Made by a program: the position numbers and the translations under genes
NCBI GenBank assembly: GCA_963771465.1
Contig: CAVYTU010000012.1
Location: 1 to 64,000, forward strand
DNA length: 64,000 nt
Reading direction: 5' to 3'
From: an uncultured delta proteobacterium
GTDB taxonomy: Bacteria; Desulfobacterota; Binatia; UBA9968
The notes under the pieces: generated by a model
Databases searched by the model: none
Told to the model about the DNA's origin: nothing
What the model saw: only the letters and a program-made list of their open reading frames with translations
Shown: positions 18,432 to 29,315 of the stretch, in pieces
How positions within the stretch are numbered: position 1 is the first letter of the stretch
How the letters are laid out: each line of letters starts with the position of its first letter

Positions 18432-19829
18432 ATGGCTGAGAATCGGATCGAAAAAGATACCATGGGCGACATTGCGGTCCCGGCGGACCGCTACTGGGGA
18501 GCGCAGACCCAGCGTTCGCTGAAATATTTCCAGGCCGGGGCGGGGCGGGACACGATGCCGAGAGAGCTTATCAAAGCCCTTGGTATCCTGAAAAAGGCCG
18601 CGGCCATGGCCAATGTCGAGCTGAAACTTTTAGATAAGGAAAGAGGCGACATGATCGCTCAGGTCGCCGACGAAGTTGTCTCGGGAAAGCTGGACGAGCA
18701 CTTCCCGTTGGTCATTTGGCAGACCGGCTCGGGCACCCAGACCAACATGAATGCCAACGAGGTGATCAGCAACCGGGCCATCGAAATTTCCGGCGGCGTA
18801 ATGGGGAGCAAAAAACCGATTCACCCCAATGACGACGTCAACAAAGCGCAAAGCTCCAACGACACCTTTCCCACCGCGATGCATATCGCTGCGGTGGAAG
18901 TTCTGGACGGTCTGGTCGAGGCGTTGAAAGATTTGAAGAAGCACTTGGAGGACAAGGCGAGTGCCTATGGAAAGGTAATCAAGATCGGCCGCACGCACTT
19001 GATGGACGCAACGCCGCTCAGCCTCGGGCAGGAAATCTCCGGTTGGGCGCAGATGATGAACAACGACCTACAGCGCATCGCAATGACATTGCCTGGTCTT
19101 TATGAGCTGGCCATCGGCGGCACCGCAGTGGGCACCGGACTCAATACACATCCCGATTTCGCGGCCAAAGCCGCGGCGAAGATTGCCGAGTTGACCAAAC
19201 AGCCGTTCGTCAGCGCGCCGAACAAGTTCGAGGCGCTGGCCGGCCACGACGCGCTTGTCTTTGCCCACGGCGCGCTCAAAACGCTCGCCTGCTCTCTGAT
19301 GAAGATCGCCAACGACGTGCGTTGGCTCGCCTCCGGCCCCAGAGCGGGCCTGGGCGAAATCAGCATCCCGGAAAACGAGCCGGGAAGTTCTATCATGCCG
19401 GGCAAAGTGAATCCGACGCAGAGCGAGGCGCTGACGATGATCTGCGCGCAGGTGTTGGGCAACGACGTGGCTATCAACATCGGCGGCGCCAGTGGCAACT
19501 TCGAGCTTAACGTCTTCAAGCCGCTGATGATCCACAACTTCATTCATTCGGCCAAGCTTTTGACCAAGGGCGTCGAGGGCTTCACGCACCATTGCATCGC
19601 GGGCCTCCAGCCCAACGCAGCGCGCATCGACGAGCTGATGAAGAAAAGCTTGATGCTGGTCACCGCGCTCAATCCACACATTGGCTATGACAATGCCGCC
19701 AAGATCGCCAAGAAGGCCCATGCCGAAGGCACGACACTCAAGGAAGCAGCAGTGGCGCTGGGCCTTGTGAAAGCTGAGGATCTCGACAAGTGGATCAAGC
19801 CCGAAGAAATGATCAAGCCGGGGATGTGA
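18432..19829 (+). CDS. fumC: Class II fumarate hydratase
   Basis: [34 protein letters not shown]. Confidence 0.97.
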   Translation: MAENRIEKDTMGDIAVPADRYWGAQTQRSLKYFQAGAGRDTMPRELIKALGILKKAAAMANVELKLLDKERGDMIAQVADEVVSGKLDEHFPLVIWQTGSGTQTNMNANEVISNRAIEISGGVMGSKKPIHPNDDVNKAQSSNDTFPTAMHIAAVEVLDGLVEALKDLKKHLEDKASAYGKVIKIGRTHLMDATPLSLGQEISGWAQMMNNDLQRIAMTLPGLYELAIGGTAVGTGLNTHPDFAAKAAAKIAELTKQPFVSAPNKFEALAGHDALVFAHGALKTLACSLMKIANDVRWLASGPRAGLGEISIPENEPGSSIMPGKVNPTQSEALTMICAQVLGNDVAINIGGASGNFELNVFKPLMIHNFIHSAKLLTKGVEGFTHHCIAGLQPNAARIDELMKKSLMLVTALNPHIGYDNAAKIAKKAHAEGTTLKEAAVALGLVKAEDLDKWIKPEEMIKPGM

Positions 19830-19839
19830 AATCCGTAAG

Positions 19840-19942
19840 AGTGACAAGGGTCGAGTGGCGAGTGGGGAGTACATCAGCTTTCAAGGTTTCAATGTTCAGG
19901 TTTCAGTATAACCGAAACGTGACACCCGATCTCTCGACTCGA
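19840..19942. repeat. Heptamer-repeat palindromic element between fumC and frdB
   Basis: GTCGAGT-GGCGAGT...CTCTCGACTCG enclosing TTTCAAG/TTTCAAT/GTTCAGG/TTTCAG repeats. Confidence 0.55.
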
Positions 19943-19976
19943 GGAAAAGCGGTTTTTGCAATGAAGGAGACTGACA

Positions 19977-20717
19977 ATGAAAAATGAACCCGTGAAACGA
20001 CAGCTAAAGATCAGCGTTCTGCGCTTCAACCCGCAGGATCCGCAGAGCGAACCGCACATGCAGACCTACGAGATCGAAGAAGCGGAAGGTATGACGCTGT
20101 TCATCGCTCTCATGGAGATTCGCGAGAAGCAGGACCCGTCGCTGGAGTTCGACTTCGTCTGCCGCGCCGGTATCTGCGGCAGCTGCGGCATGATGATCAA
20201 CGGCAGCCCGACGCTCGCCTGCCGTACGTTGACCAAGGACCAGGGCACCGAGATCTCGCTGGCGCCACTGCCGGTTTTCGAGCTGATCGCGGACTTGTCG
20301 GTGGATACCGGCAAATGGATGCGCGGCATGAGCGAGCGTTTGGAGACCTGGCTGCACATGAAAGAGCAGGAACCTGACCTGCGCCGCATGGAAGAAAGGA
20401 TGGAGCCGGAGCTGGCGGAAAAGATCTACGAGCTCGACCGCTGCATCGAGTGCGGCTGTTGCGTCGCCGGTTGCGGCACGGCGCGCATGCGCGAGAATTT
20501 TGTCGGCGCGGTGGGACTCAATAAGATCGCCCGGTTCCGGATCGATCCGCGCGACCGGCGCACCGATGATGACTACTACGAATTGATCGGGGACGACGAC
20601 GGCGTTTTCGGCTGCATGTCCCTTATCGCGTGCCACGACGTGTGCCCGAAGAATTTGCCGCTGGCGACGCAGATCGCTTTTCTAAGACGGAAAATGGTCG
20701 CGGTGGGATGGAAATGA
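19977..20717 (+). CDS. frdB: Fumarate reductase iron-sulfur subunit
   Basis: [32 protein letters not shown]. Confidence 0.96.
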   Translation: MKNEPVKRQLKISVLRFNPQDPQSEPHMQTYEIEEAEGMTLFIALMEIREKQDPSLEFDFVCRAGICGSCGMMINGSPTLACRTLTKDQGTEISLAPLPVFELIADLSVDTGKWMRGMSERLETWLHMKEQEPDLRRMEERMEPELAEKIYELDRCIECGCCVAGCGTARMRENFVGAVGLNKIARFRIDPRDRRTDDDYYELIGDDDGVFGCMSLIACHDVCPKNLPLATQIAFLRRKMVAVGWK

Positions 20718-20768
20718 TGTGCGATTCAGGCTGGCAACGTCCGTGCAAGCGGTTAAAAGGAGTCTCCC

Positions 20769-22279
20769 ATGAGTAAGGTCGAAACGGCGCCGGTGGCGCC
20801 CACCGTCAGCGTCAAAAAAGAGAGTTCAAAAAAATCGGCTGGAAACATTTCGCGCCGATTGTTGTGGCGCTCGTGGTTGCACTCATCCCCGCGCCTGCAG
20901 GACTGCCGCAGTACGCGTGGTACTACTTCGCGATTTTTGCCGGCGTGATCGTCGGTCTGATGTTCGAACCTTTGCCCGGTGGCGCCATCGGGTTGATCGC
21001 CGTGACTTTGGTCGCCCGCCTATCCGACTACGTCCTATTCTCGCCGGAGCAACTCGCGAAGCCGGGTTTTAATTCACTCAATGCCTCCTTGAGCTGGGCG
21101 CTTTCGGGCTTTTCCAATAGCACGGTTTGGCTGATCTTCGGTGCGTTCATGTTTGCGCTCGGTTATGAAAAGACCGGGCTCGGCCGGCGCATCGCGCTGA
21201 TGCTAGTAAAGGCAATGGGGCGAAAGACGCTGACTCTCGGCTACGCGGTGGTGATTGCCGATGCCATTCTGGCGCCGTTCACTCCTTCCAGCACCGCGCG
21301 CAGCGGCGGGACGATTTATCCGGTGATTAAAAATTTGCCGCCACTCTATGATTCGAAACCCGACGACCCGTCCATGCGGCGCATGGGCTCTTATCTTATG
21401 TGGGTGGCGATCGCGGCGACCTGCGTAACCAGCTCGATGTTTCTCACTGCCCTGGCGCCCAACCTGCTCGGGGTCGAGCTGGTGCGAAAGACCGCGCAGA
21501 TCGAAATCGCGTGGATTGACTGGTTTAAATACTTCGCGCCGGTGGGCATCCTTCTGCTCGCGGTATTGCCGCTGTTGGTTTACTGGATCTATCCGCCCGA
21601 GGTGAAGGAGGGAGCGGAGGTCCAAAGCTGGGCGGCCCAGGAGCTGGAGAAAATGGGCGCGTTCACGAAGCGCGAGATTATCCTGGCAGTTCTGGTCCTG
21701 GTCGCTCTCGTAATGTGGATCTTTCGAGGCGATGAAGTCAACGCCACCACCGCTGCGCTGATCGTCATCTCATTGATGCTGCTGACCAGCGTAGTGAGCT
21801 GGGATGACATCATTAAAAATTCCGCGGCTTGGAACACATTGGCGTGGTTCGCAACCTTGGTGGCGCTTGCCGACGGCCTCACTCGCGTAGGTTTTGTGAA
21901 GTGGTTTGCGCAGACCGTTGCCGGTCAACTGACCGACACTCCGCCAGCAATTGCGGTCGCGGTACTGCTGCTGATCAATTTTTTCGGCCACTATTTGTTT
22001 GCGAGCGTCACGGCCCACGTCACGGCGATGATTCCAGTGCTGCTCGCGGTCGCCTCAACGATTCCCGGTGTCAACATGCACACGCTCGCGCTCGGCTTGT
22101 GCCTTCAGCTCGGCATCATGGGTATTCTCACGCCTTACGCGAGCGGGCCAAGCCCGGTGTACTACGGCAGTGGGTATCTGCCGGCGGCGGACTACTGGCG
22201 CCTAGGCGCGATTTTCGGCGCGATCTTCTTCGTCGCGTTTCTCGTGATCGGCGTGCCTTGGATGCTATTCATACGGTAA
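20769..22279 (+). CDS. DASS-family anion permease (CitT/TtdT-like; frameshift near the poly-A at about 20830)
   Basis: RBS AAGGAG before ATG 20769; KTGLGRRIAL, PSSTARSGG, TALAPN, TPYASGPSPVYYGSGY. Confidence 0.9.
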
Positions 22280-22302
22280 ACCCCGAATTTTGAGACACCA
22301 GG

Positions 22303-23010
22303 ATGATTCCAATTCACCTCACGAGTAGTTTTCGCGGAATAATCCCGCTATTAGCGGCAACGCTAATCGCTGGTTGCACACCTTTATATTTGTCGGATAC
22401 ACACACCACGTCGACTCCGAGGCCACAGCTTTTCAATGTCACCGAACTGGCGCGCGAGCAGGTGGCAACACTTGGCCTTCTCACGCCGGCCGGTCTCCAG
22501 GGCTTCAACCCGCCTCTGTCTCACGCCCTCAACGCGGCGCTCTCGGAAGTGTCCCCTCCCATCCGGGGAATTGCCGCTTATGAGACGGTGAACGTGCTCA
22601 ATCAACAGGGCCTGGCCACGGAGTACGGCACCTTGATCGCGGGGTTTGGTCGTGGGGGCATTCTGGAGAGCAAGCCGCTGCAACGGATCGGATCGGCCCT
22701 TTCCTCCCGCTACGTGCTGCTACCAGGGCTCGCGGAGTTCAATCAAGTTATAATCGACCGGCTTTCGATTTACGGCTGGAACTTTATCCAGAGTCGGGTC
22801 ACTACGCTGAGACTGTGGCTGCAGCTGTGGGACACGCAGACGGGAAGGATTGTTTGGGAGTCAGCTGGGGAAGTCACTGTGGCGACCAAGCTCCTAAGGT
22901 CGGAGCAGACCGTCGCTCTAGACGAGATCGCGCGGAAGCTGTGGCTGCGCATGATCCAGGATAACTTGCTCGAAGGGAAAACTGAATCGCGATTTTTTTT
23001 CACCGGTTGA
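22303..23010 (+). CDS. Hypothetical lipoprotein
   Basis: LIAGC lipobox; LWDTQTGRIVWES (LpoB/CsgG-like tail). Confidence 0.75.
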   Translation: MIPIHLTSSFRGIIPLLAATLIAGCTPLYLSDTHTTSTPRPQLFNVTELAREQVATLGLLTPAGLQGFNPPLSHALNAALSEVSPPIRGIAAYETVNVLNQQGLATEYGTLIAGFGRGGILESKPLQRIGSALSSRYVLLPGLAEFNQVIIDRLSIYGWNFIQSRVTTLRLWLQLWDTQTGRIVWESAGEVTVATKLLRSEQTVALDEIARKLWLRMIQDNLLEGKTESRFFFTG

Positions 23011-23047
23011 GGAGGTATGCGCGATCCTAGAGAGACAGGAGACTAGT

Positions 23048-23701
23048 ATGGATATCCCCGCTTTGAACTACTTGGTGCATTTCTCGAACATCCTGCTGGT
23101 CGTAGCATACTCGGTGCGGGACATTTTGTGGCTGCGCTGGTTTGCGGTTGCCGCCGCGCTCACCAACATTCCATACTTCCTCCTTCAGGATACTGTGCTC
23201 TGGCCGCCGGTTCTCTGGGCGCTCGTATTCACCGCGATCAATCTCTATCAGATCGTGCGCCTCTATCTCGAGCGACGTCCGGTAGTGTTCTCCCAGGACG
23301 AACAGAAGCTTTATGATCTGGGGTTCCGTTCTCTTCGTCCCCGCGAGTTCGTTTCACTGTCGCTCGTGGGCGAATGGAAGAGCGCCGACGCCGGTGAGAG
23401 AGTCATGGTCGAAGGGGAGCCGGTGTCGTCCCTCTGCATCCCGATCACCGGAAGCGCCGACGTACGCAAGCAGGGTGCGAGCATCGGGGCGCTGAGACCC
23501 GGGGAAATCATCGGCACCGCGCTGGCCCTCACGGGCGAACCCTCACCGGTAGAAGTGACCTTCACCGAGCCGGCACGTTACATGCGCTGGTCGCTTCCGA
23601 GCCTGCGGAGTTTTATGGACAAGCGGCCGGAACTGCGCGTCACCCTGCAAGGTCTCGTGAACCGCGACCTGGCCGGAAAATTGGAACGAGTGTTGTCGTG
23701 A
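23048..23701 (+). CDS. Popeye-like membrane protein with a cyclic-nucleotide-binding domain
   Basis: VRDILWLR, three TM helices, INLYQI..L..ERRP, followed by a cNMP barrel. Confidence 0.8.
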   Translation: MDIPALNYLVHFSNILLVVAYSVRDILWLRWFAVAAALTNIPYFLLQDTVLWPPVLWALVFTAINLYQIVRLYLERRPVVFSQDEQKLYDLGFRSLRPREFVSLSLVGEWKSADAGERVMVEGEPVSSLCIPITGSADVRKQGASIGALRPGEIIGTALALTGEPSPVEVTFTEPARYMRWSLPSLRSFMDKRPELRVTLQGLVNRDLAGKLERVLS

Positions 23702-23907
23702 AAGAACATAACGGTGGTCGCGCGTAGATAAGTCGAGGTGATCAGGTTCGAAGAGGTTTGGGCGGTTTGTTGGGGTGAAAGCGCCGTCCGGTGCGCGGTG
23801 TTCCGCTGGTGAGGCTTACAGAGTCAAACCGGCTCATGCATGGTAAATCCATAAACGCCAGATTCGGCACCCATACGCGGGTCGGTCCCGCAGAGAGAGA
23901 GGAGACA

Positions 23908-25320
23908 ATGAAATCGCCACAAGTCCGCATGGAGCACGACTTCCTCGGCGACCGCGAAGTTCCGGCGGATGCCTATTACGGCGTCCAGACGCTCCGAGGC
24001 AAGGAAAACTTCCACATTACGGGCATGCCGATATCGCGCGAACCGTATTTTGTTAAGGCATTCGGCTATGTCAAGAAAGCCGCCGCGATGGCGAACCGTG
24101 ACCTCAACGTGCTCGACGGCAAGATCGCCGATGCGATCATCCGCGCGTGCGACCGGGTGATCGCGGGCGAGCTGCTCGACCAGTTCATGACCGACTTTAT
24201 TCAGGGTGGTGCCGGCACTTCGACCAACATGAATGCCAATGAGGTGATCGCCAATCTCGCGCTGGAAATTCTCGGCCACAAGAAAGGCGAGTATCAGTAC
24301 GTCAATCCCAACGACCATGTGAACTTCGGACAGTCTACCAACGACGTCTATCCGACGGCCCTCCACCTCGGGCTGATCCTCCGGCTCGAGAGCTACATGG
24401 AAGCGCTGCGCCAACTTCAGCAGGCTTTCTTCGCCAAGGCTCGTGAGTTCGACAAGGTGCTCAAGATGGGCCGCACTCACCTGCAGGACGCGGTGCCGAT
24501 GTCGCTGGGAGCCGAGTTCCACGGCTGGGGTACGACGATCGGCGAAGAGGTTGAACGTATTTCCGATGTGAGAAAGATGCTGCAATGCATCAACCTGGGC
24601 GCCACCGCAATCGGCACAACGGTGACGGCCGCGCCTGGCTACCCGGCCCTGGCGACGAAACATCTCTCCGACATCACCGGCATTGAGTTTTGCCTCGCCG
24701 AGGATTTGATCGAAGCGACCTCGGACACAGGCGACTACGTGCTGTTATCAGGCGTGATCAAGCACACTGCGGTCAAGCTTACCAAGATCTGCAACGACCT
24801 TCGGATGCTGGCTTCGGGACCGCGTTGCGGGCTCAACGAGATCAACCTGCCGCAGATGCAGCCGGGCTCCTCGATCATGCCGGGCAAGGTAAACCCCGTG
24901 ATCCCGGAGGTCGTGAACCAGACCAGCTTCCTCGTGATCGGGCTCGACGTGACGGTAACGCTTGCCGCCTCGGCCGGGCAGCTGCAGCTCAACGTCATGG
25001 AGCCGGTGATCACTTTCGCGCTCTTCGCCTCGATCGCGACGATGGAGCGCGCGGTCAACAGCCTGCGGGTGAACTGCGTCGAGGGTATCACCGCCAATGA
25101 CGAGCGTACGCGCGACATGGTGCTCAATTCCTTGGGCATCGTGACTGTGCTCAAGCCATCCCTCGGTTATAGGCAGTGCGCGGAAATTGCCCGGGAAGGC
25201 TACGAGACAGGCAAGAGCCTCCACGACATCGTCGTGACGGAGAAGAAGCTCCTCAGCCAACAGAAATGGGACGAAATTTTTTCGTTCGAGAACCTGATCA
25301 ACCCCAAGTTTGAGCAGTGA
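23908..25320 (+). CDS. aspA: Aspartate ammonia-lyase
   Basis: [49 protein letters not shown]; RBS GAGGAG. Confidence 0.95.
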   Translation: MKSPQVRMEHDFLGDREVPADAYYGVQTLRGKENFHITGMPISREPYFVKAFGYVKKAAAMANRDLNVLDGKIADAIIRACDRVIAGELLDQFMTDFIQGGAGTSTNMNANEVIANLALEILGHKKGEYQYVNPNDHVNFGQSTNDVYPTALHLGLILRLESYMEALRQLQQAFFAKAREFDKVLKMGRTHLQDAVPMSLGAEFHGWGTTIGEEVERISDVRKMLQCINLGATAIGTTVTAAPGYPALATKHLSDITGIEFCLAEDLIEATSDTGDYVLLSGVIKHTAVKLTKICNDLRMLASGPRCGLNEINLPQMQPGSSIMPGKVNPVIPEVVNQTSFLVIGLDVTVTLAASAGQLQLNVMEPVITFALFASIATMERAVNSLRVNCVEGITANDERTRDMVLNSLGIVTVLKPSLGYRQCAEIAREGYETGKSLHDIVVTEKKLLSQQKWDEIFSFENLINPKFEQ

Positions 25321-25357
25321 GACCTAAGCGGCAAACTTTATACCTGGAGTCGCCAGA

Positions 25358-26866
25358 ATGACTGCCGCGATGGTCAAACGCATCGGACTTGTTGCCGGAC
25401 CGCTGCTAGGGTTGGTCTGCTATTATCTGCTGCCGCTTCATTACTCGAACGGCGCTGGGGAGTGGGTCGAGTTCACGCAAGCGGGGCGCGCCACATTGGG
25501 CCTCATGGTCTGGATGGCGACGTGGTGGATCACCGAGGCGGTGGATATCGAGGTTACGGCGTTGCTGCCGATCGCGACATTCCCGCTGTTCGGCATTGCC
25601 CCTCTGAATAAAGTCCTTCCGCCTTACGCGGCGGATGTGATCTTCCTCTTCATGGGCGGCTTCATCATCGGCCTTGCCATCGAGCGCTGGGGACTCGACC
25701 GGCGCATCGCCTTCTTCACTCTTGGGGTTGGTCGGCGCGCGCCCGGGCGCGATCGTCGGCGGCTTCATGGCAGTCACCGCCTTCCTGAGCATGTGGGTTT
25801 CGAATACCGCGTGCGCAGCCATGATGGTGCCGATCGCATTGAGCGTCATTGACCTCGTGTTGCGCAGCCGCACCGGCGCCGGCCTGAAGGAATCCGGGGG
25901 CATACCCCAGGACCGCGTTCCCGAGCGCAATTTTGCCACCGGTCTGCTGCTTTGCGTCGCCTATGCGGCATCGATCGGCGGAGTCGCGACCATCATCGGC
26001 TCTCCGCCCAACGGCATCGCGGTGCGCTACATGCAGCAGACGTTTCAGAAGGAAGTGAGTTTCTTCGACTGGCTGCTGATCGGCGGGCCGTTCACGCTGA
26101 TCTTCCTGCCGATCGCCTGGTTGATGATTACCCGAGTGCTATTTCGCGCCGACATCGGCGAAATCGCGGGCGGCCGGAAGCATTTCGACGAGGAGTACCG
26201 CAAGCTGGGTCCGCTGACCCGAGGCGAGAAGGTGGTCTTGGCGGTATTTTCCGCTGACCGCGCTTCTCTGGACCTGCAGCCCGCTGCTCAAATCGATCGC
26301 TATCGCGGGCATGAAGCCGCTGGCCGGGCTCTCCGACACCGGCATTGCCATGCTGGCAGCGATGGCGCTGTTTTTGATCCCGGTGGACCGCGCCAACGGC
26401 GTCCGCGCAATGGACTGGGCACACGGCTGTGAAACTGCCCTGGGGTGTGCTGATGTTGTTCGGCGGAGGCCTCACGCTCGCAGCTTCGATTGAAGCGAAC
26501 GGCGTCTCGGATTTCATCGGCAACGCGAGCCGCGGCTTTGCCGGCTTGCAGCCCATTCTCCTCCTGCTCGCGATCACGACCATGACCGTATTCCTTTCCG
26601 AGCTCACCTCTAACACAGCGCAGGTGGCGACCATGCTTCCGGTGCTTGCCGCGATGGCGCCAAAACTCGGAATCGATCCCTATGCCCTGGTCATTGCGTG
26701 CACGCTGGGCGCGAGCAGTGCCTACATGATGCCGGTGGGCACGCCGCCGAACGCAATCGTGTTCGGCACCGGGCTGGTGCGGATGCCGCAGATGATGAAG
26801 GCCGGCATCTGGCTGAACCTTTCCGGCATCCTGGTCATAACCGCGCTGTGCGCGCTGCTTCTATGA
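25358..26866 (+). CDS. SLC13/DASS sodium:dicarboxylate symporter (SdcS-like; frameshifts near 25725, 26255 and 26425)
   Basis: WWITEA, SMWVSNTA, GSPPN, SELTSNTA, PVGTPPNAIVFG. Confidence 0.88.
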
Positions 26867-28158
26867 AAGTCACGATTGCAGAACTGGTCAACGAGCGTCG
26901 TGCAATCAACGAAGGCGACGCACCGCCAGGCAAAAAGGGAAACCAGAGTGTGCAACTCCGCCACTTCGTCTATGTGTTCGCTGTGATCGCCGTTGCGCTA
27001 ATGGGAGCGGCACACGGTGCGGAGCCGCTCCGAGCCGAGCCGGAATCTCTCGAACGCGCGGCGCCCGAGCTGATCGAGCGACTTCGAGCCAACCCTTACA
27101 CTTTTTTCCGATTTGTGAACCGGCCCTGGATCGCGCGGGTCTGCGACGATTTGGGCAGTGATTTGCGCGACCTGCCAGTTGTGCGGTTGCACGGCGACGC
27201 GCACGTCGAGCAGTTCGCGATAGCGCAGAATGCATGGGGGCTCGATGATTTCGACGACTCCGCTCGAGGTCCGGCCGCTATCGATATCGTACGATTCCTG
27301 GGCTCCATCGATCTCGTGGCACGCCAGCGTTCCTGGGAAAAGGATCGTGACAGGCTCTTCGATCGATTCGTGGAAGGTTATAAGCGGGGTCTCGCCGAGC
27401 CCCACTATCTGCCTGGTCCGCCCGACGTCGTGCGCCGGCTACGCACCACCCAGGCGCCACCGACACGCGCGGCGTTTCTTGCGTGGGGCGAGACCAAGAT
27501 GAAGCCGCTGGCCGATGTGACAATGAAGGCTCTTGTCGCGGCGGTTGAAGCCTTTGCCCGCGTCGTGCTGCGCGAGCGGCCCGACCTCACGCCGGAATAC
27601 TTTCGTGTGGTGCGCGCTGGCTGGCTTCAGGGCGGCGTTGGCAGCGCCGTGAGTCCGAAAATCTTGGTCCGCGTGCAGGGGCCGTCCGATGATCCAGCCG
27701 ACGATGAGCTCCTCGAGTTAAAAAAGATCGAAGATCTCCACGGCCTCGGCTGCCTCAAGACGCCGACGGTTCAACCAACGCTCCGCATCATCGACGGAAG
27801 CAAACAGCTCGGTCGGCTGAAGTACGGCATACTGGCGGCTGGACCCGAGCTCGTCGTCCCTGAGGTAATGGCGCGCGGGCAGCGGTTGCAGGACTGGTGG
27901 ATGCACAATCTGGATCCGTCCTACCGCGAGGTTCGTTTGACCGACCTCCGTTCCGTCGCGGACCTCGCGGCCATTGTCTACGATGCCGGCGTGCAACTCG
28001 GCGCCGGCCGACTACAGGATAAGACGGTGCCGCTGGGCGGCTACGACCGGCAACGAATACTCGCCGCGACAGGCAGGCTCGAGAAACTCTATCGGCAGGA
28101 AGCCACCAAACTAGTGAATGACCTGCTCCAAGGATGGCGGGAGCTCGGAGCACGATGA
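26863..28158 (+). CDS. DUF2252-family (kinase-like fold) protein with apparent signal peptide; alternative start GTG 26950
   Basis: PYTFFR, LHGDAHVEQF, DDFDDS, GGVGS; hydrophobic VFAVIAVALMGAAHGA. Confidence 0.78.
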   Translation: MKVTIAELVNERRAINEGDAPPGKKGNQSVQLRHFVYVFAVIAVALMGAAHGAEPLRAEPESLERAAPELIERLRANPYTFFRFVNRPWIARVCDDLGSDLRDLPVVRLHGDAHVEQFAIAQNAWGLDDFDDSARGPAAIDIVRFLGSIDLVARQRSWEKDRDRLFDRFVEGYKRGLAEPHYLPGPPDVVRRLRTTQAPPTRAAFLAWGETKMKPLADVTMKALVAAVEAFARVVLRERPDLTPEYFRVVRAGWLQGGVGSAVSPKILVRVQGPSDDPADDELLELKKIEDLHGLGCLKTPTVQPTLRIIDGSKQLGRLKYGILAAGPELVVPEVMARGQRLQDWWMHNLDPSYREVRLTDLRSVADLAAIVYDAGVQLGAGRLQDKTVPLGGYDRQRILAATGRLEKLYRQEATKLVNDLLQGWRELGAR

Positions 28159-28232
28159 TTGTTGCGCAGCCACGCGGCAATCCAAGATTGGCCGCCGTTG
28201 CCCAAGCTTACGAGGCGCGTTCACAGGAGTTT

Positions 28233-29315
28233 ATGGTGACAATGAATTGGCTTCTCGTCTTTATTCCCATTGTGGTCGCGCTCGAGCACGTAAAGCCCGA
28301 GGCCCACACATGGATTTTTTTTGCCGCGTGTGTGGCCATTGTCCCAATCGCTTCACTTATTGTAAAAGCGACGGAACACATTGCGTCACGGACGGGTGAT
28401 GCCGTCGGCGGCCTGCTTAACGCGACCTTCGGTAACGCCCCTGAGCTGATCATCGCGACGGTTGCCCTAAAAGCCGGGCTGTTCGACATGGTGCGAGCTT
28501 CGCTCATCGGCGCGATACTGGCGAATCTTCTGCTGGCTCAGGGAGTCGCCTTTTTCCTCGGCGGACTGCGTTACCACAATCAGGAATACAATCCCGGTGC
28601 CACGCGGGTCTACAGCTCGATGATGCTCATCGCCGTTATCAGCCTGGTGGTGCCGAGCTCATTCAGCCGCTTCTTTTCGTCGGAGGCGATGATGCGCCAG
28701 GAGCAACTTCTAAACTTGGGCATGGCGTTCGTCCTCCTGATCGCCTACGGGCTGTACCTGCTGTTCATGCTCAGGACTCATCCAGAATTCTTCGCAGCCG
28801 CAGGCGGTCAAGAAGAACACCATGGCGAGGGCGAGCATTGGGGAATGCCCAGAGCGGTCGGCAGCCTGATTGTCGCCTCGGTATTGGCGGCGTGGATGAG
28901 TGAGATCCTGGTCGGCGCGGCAGAGGGAACTGGCAAGGCGCTGGGCATGTCGCAGACCTTCATTGGCATCGTTTTTCTGGCCATCGTCGGTGGCGCCGCT
29001 GAGAGCGGATCGGCGATCGCTATGGCGCGAAAAAATAAGCTGGATCTAACCGTGGGCATCGCCCTCGGCAGTTGTATTCAGATCGCGCTGTTTGTTGCCC
29101 CTGCTCTGGTGCTGATGAGTTATGCGCTGGCGCCGCAACCGCTTGAGCTTTCCTTCGGCAGGGCGGAGCTTGGCTCGTTGTTTCTCGCCGTTTTGATTGG
29201 CGCGATGGTTTCGGGTGACGGGCGATCGAACTGGTTTAAGGGCGTGCAACTCATCACGGTCTACGCAATCATGGCATTCTTATTTTACTTCATGCCGGAG
29301 GCGGCGCCGCGATGA
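28233..29315 (+). CDS. cax: Calcium/proton exchanger (CaCA, Cax/ChaA)
   Basis: GGLLNATFGNAPELI, GS(C)IQIALFVAP, DGRSNWFKG. Confidence 0.92.
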   Translation: MVTMNWLLVFIPIVVALEHVKPEAHTWIFFAACVAIVPIASLIVKATEHIASRTGDAVGGLLNATFGNAPELIIATVALKAGLFDMVRASLIGAILANLLLAQGVAFFLGGLRYHNQEYNPGATRVYSSMMLIAVISLVVPSSFSRFFSSEAMMRQEQLLNLGMAFVLLIAYGLYLLFMLRTHPEFFAAAGGQEEHHGEGEHWGMPRAVGSLIVASVLAAWMSEILVGAAEGTGKALGMSQTFIGIVFLAIVGGAAESGSAIAMARKNKLDLTVGIALGSCIQIALFVAPALVLMSYALAPQPLELSFGRAELGSLFLAVLIGAMVSGDGRSNWFKGVQLITVYAIMAFLFYFMPEAAPR

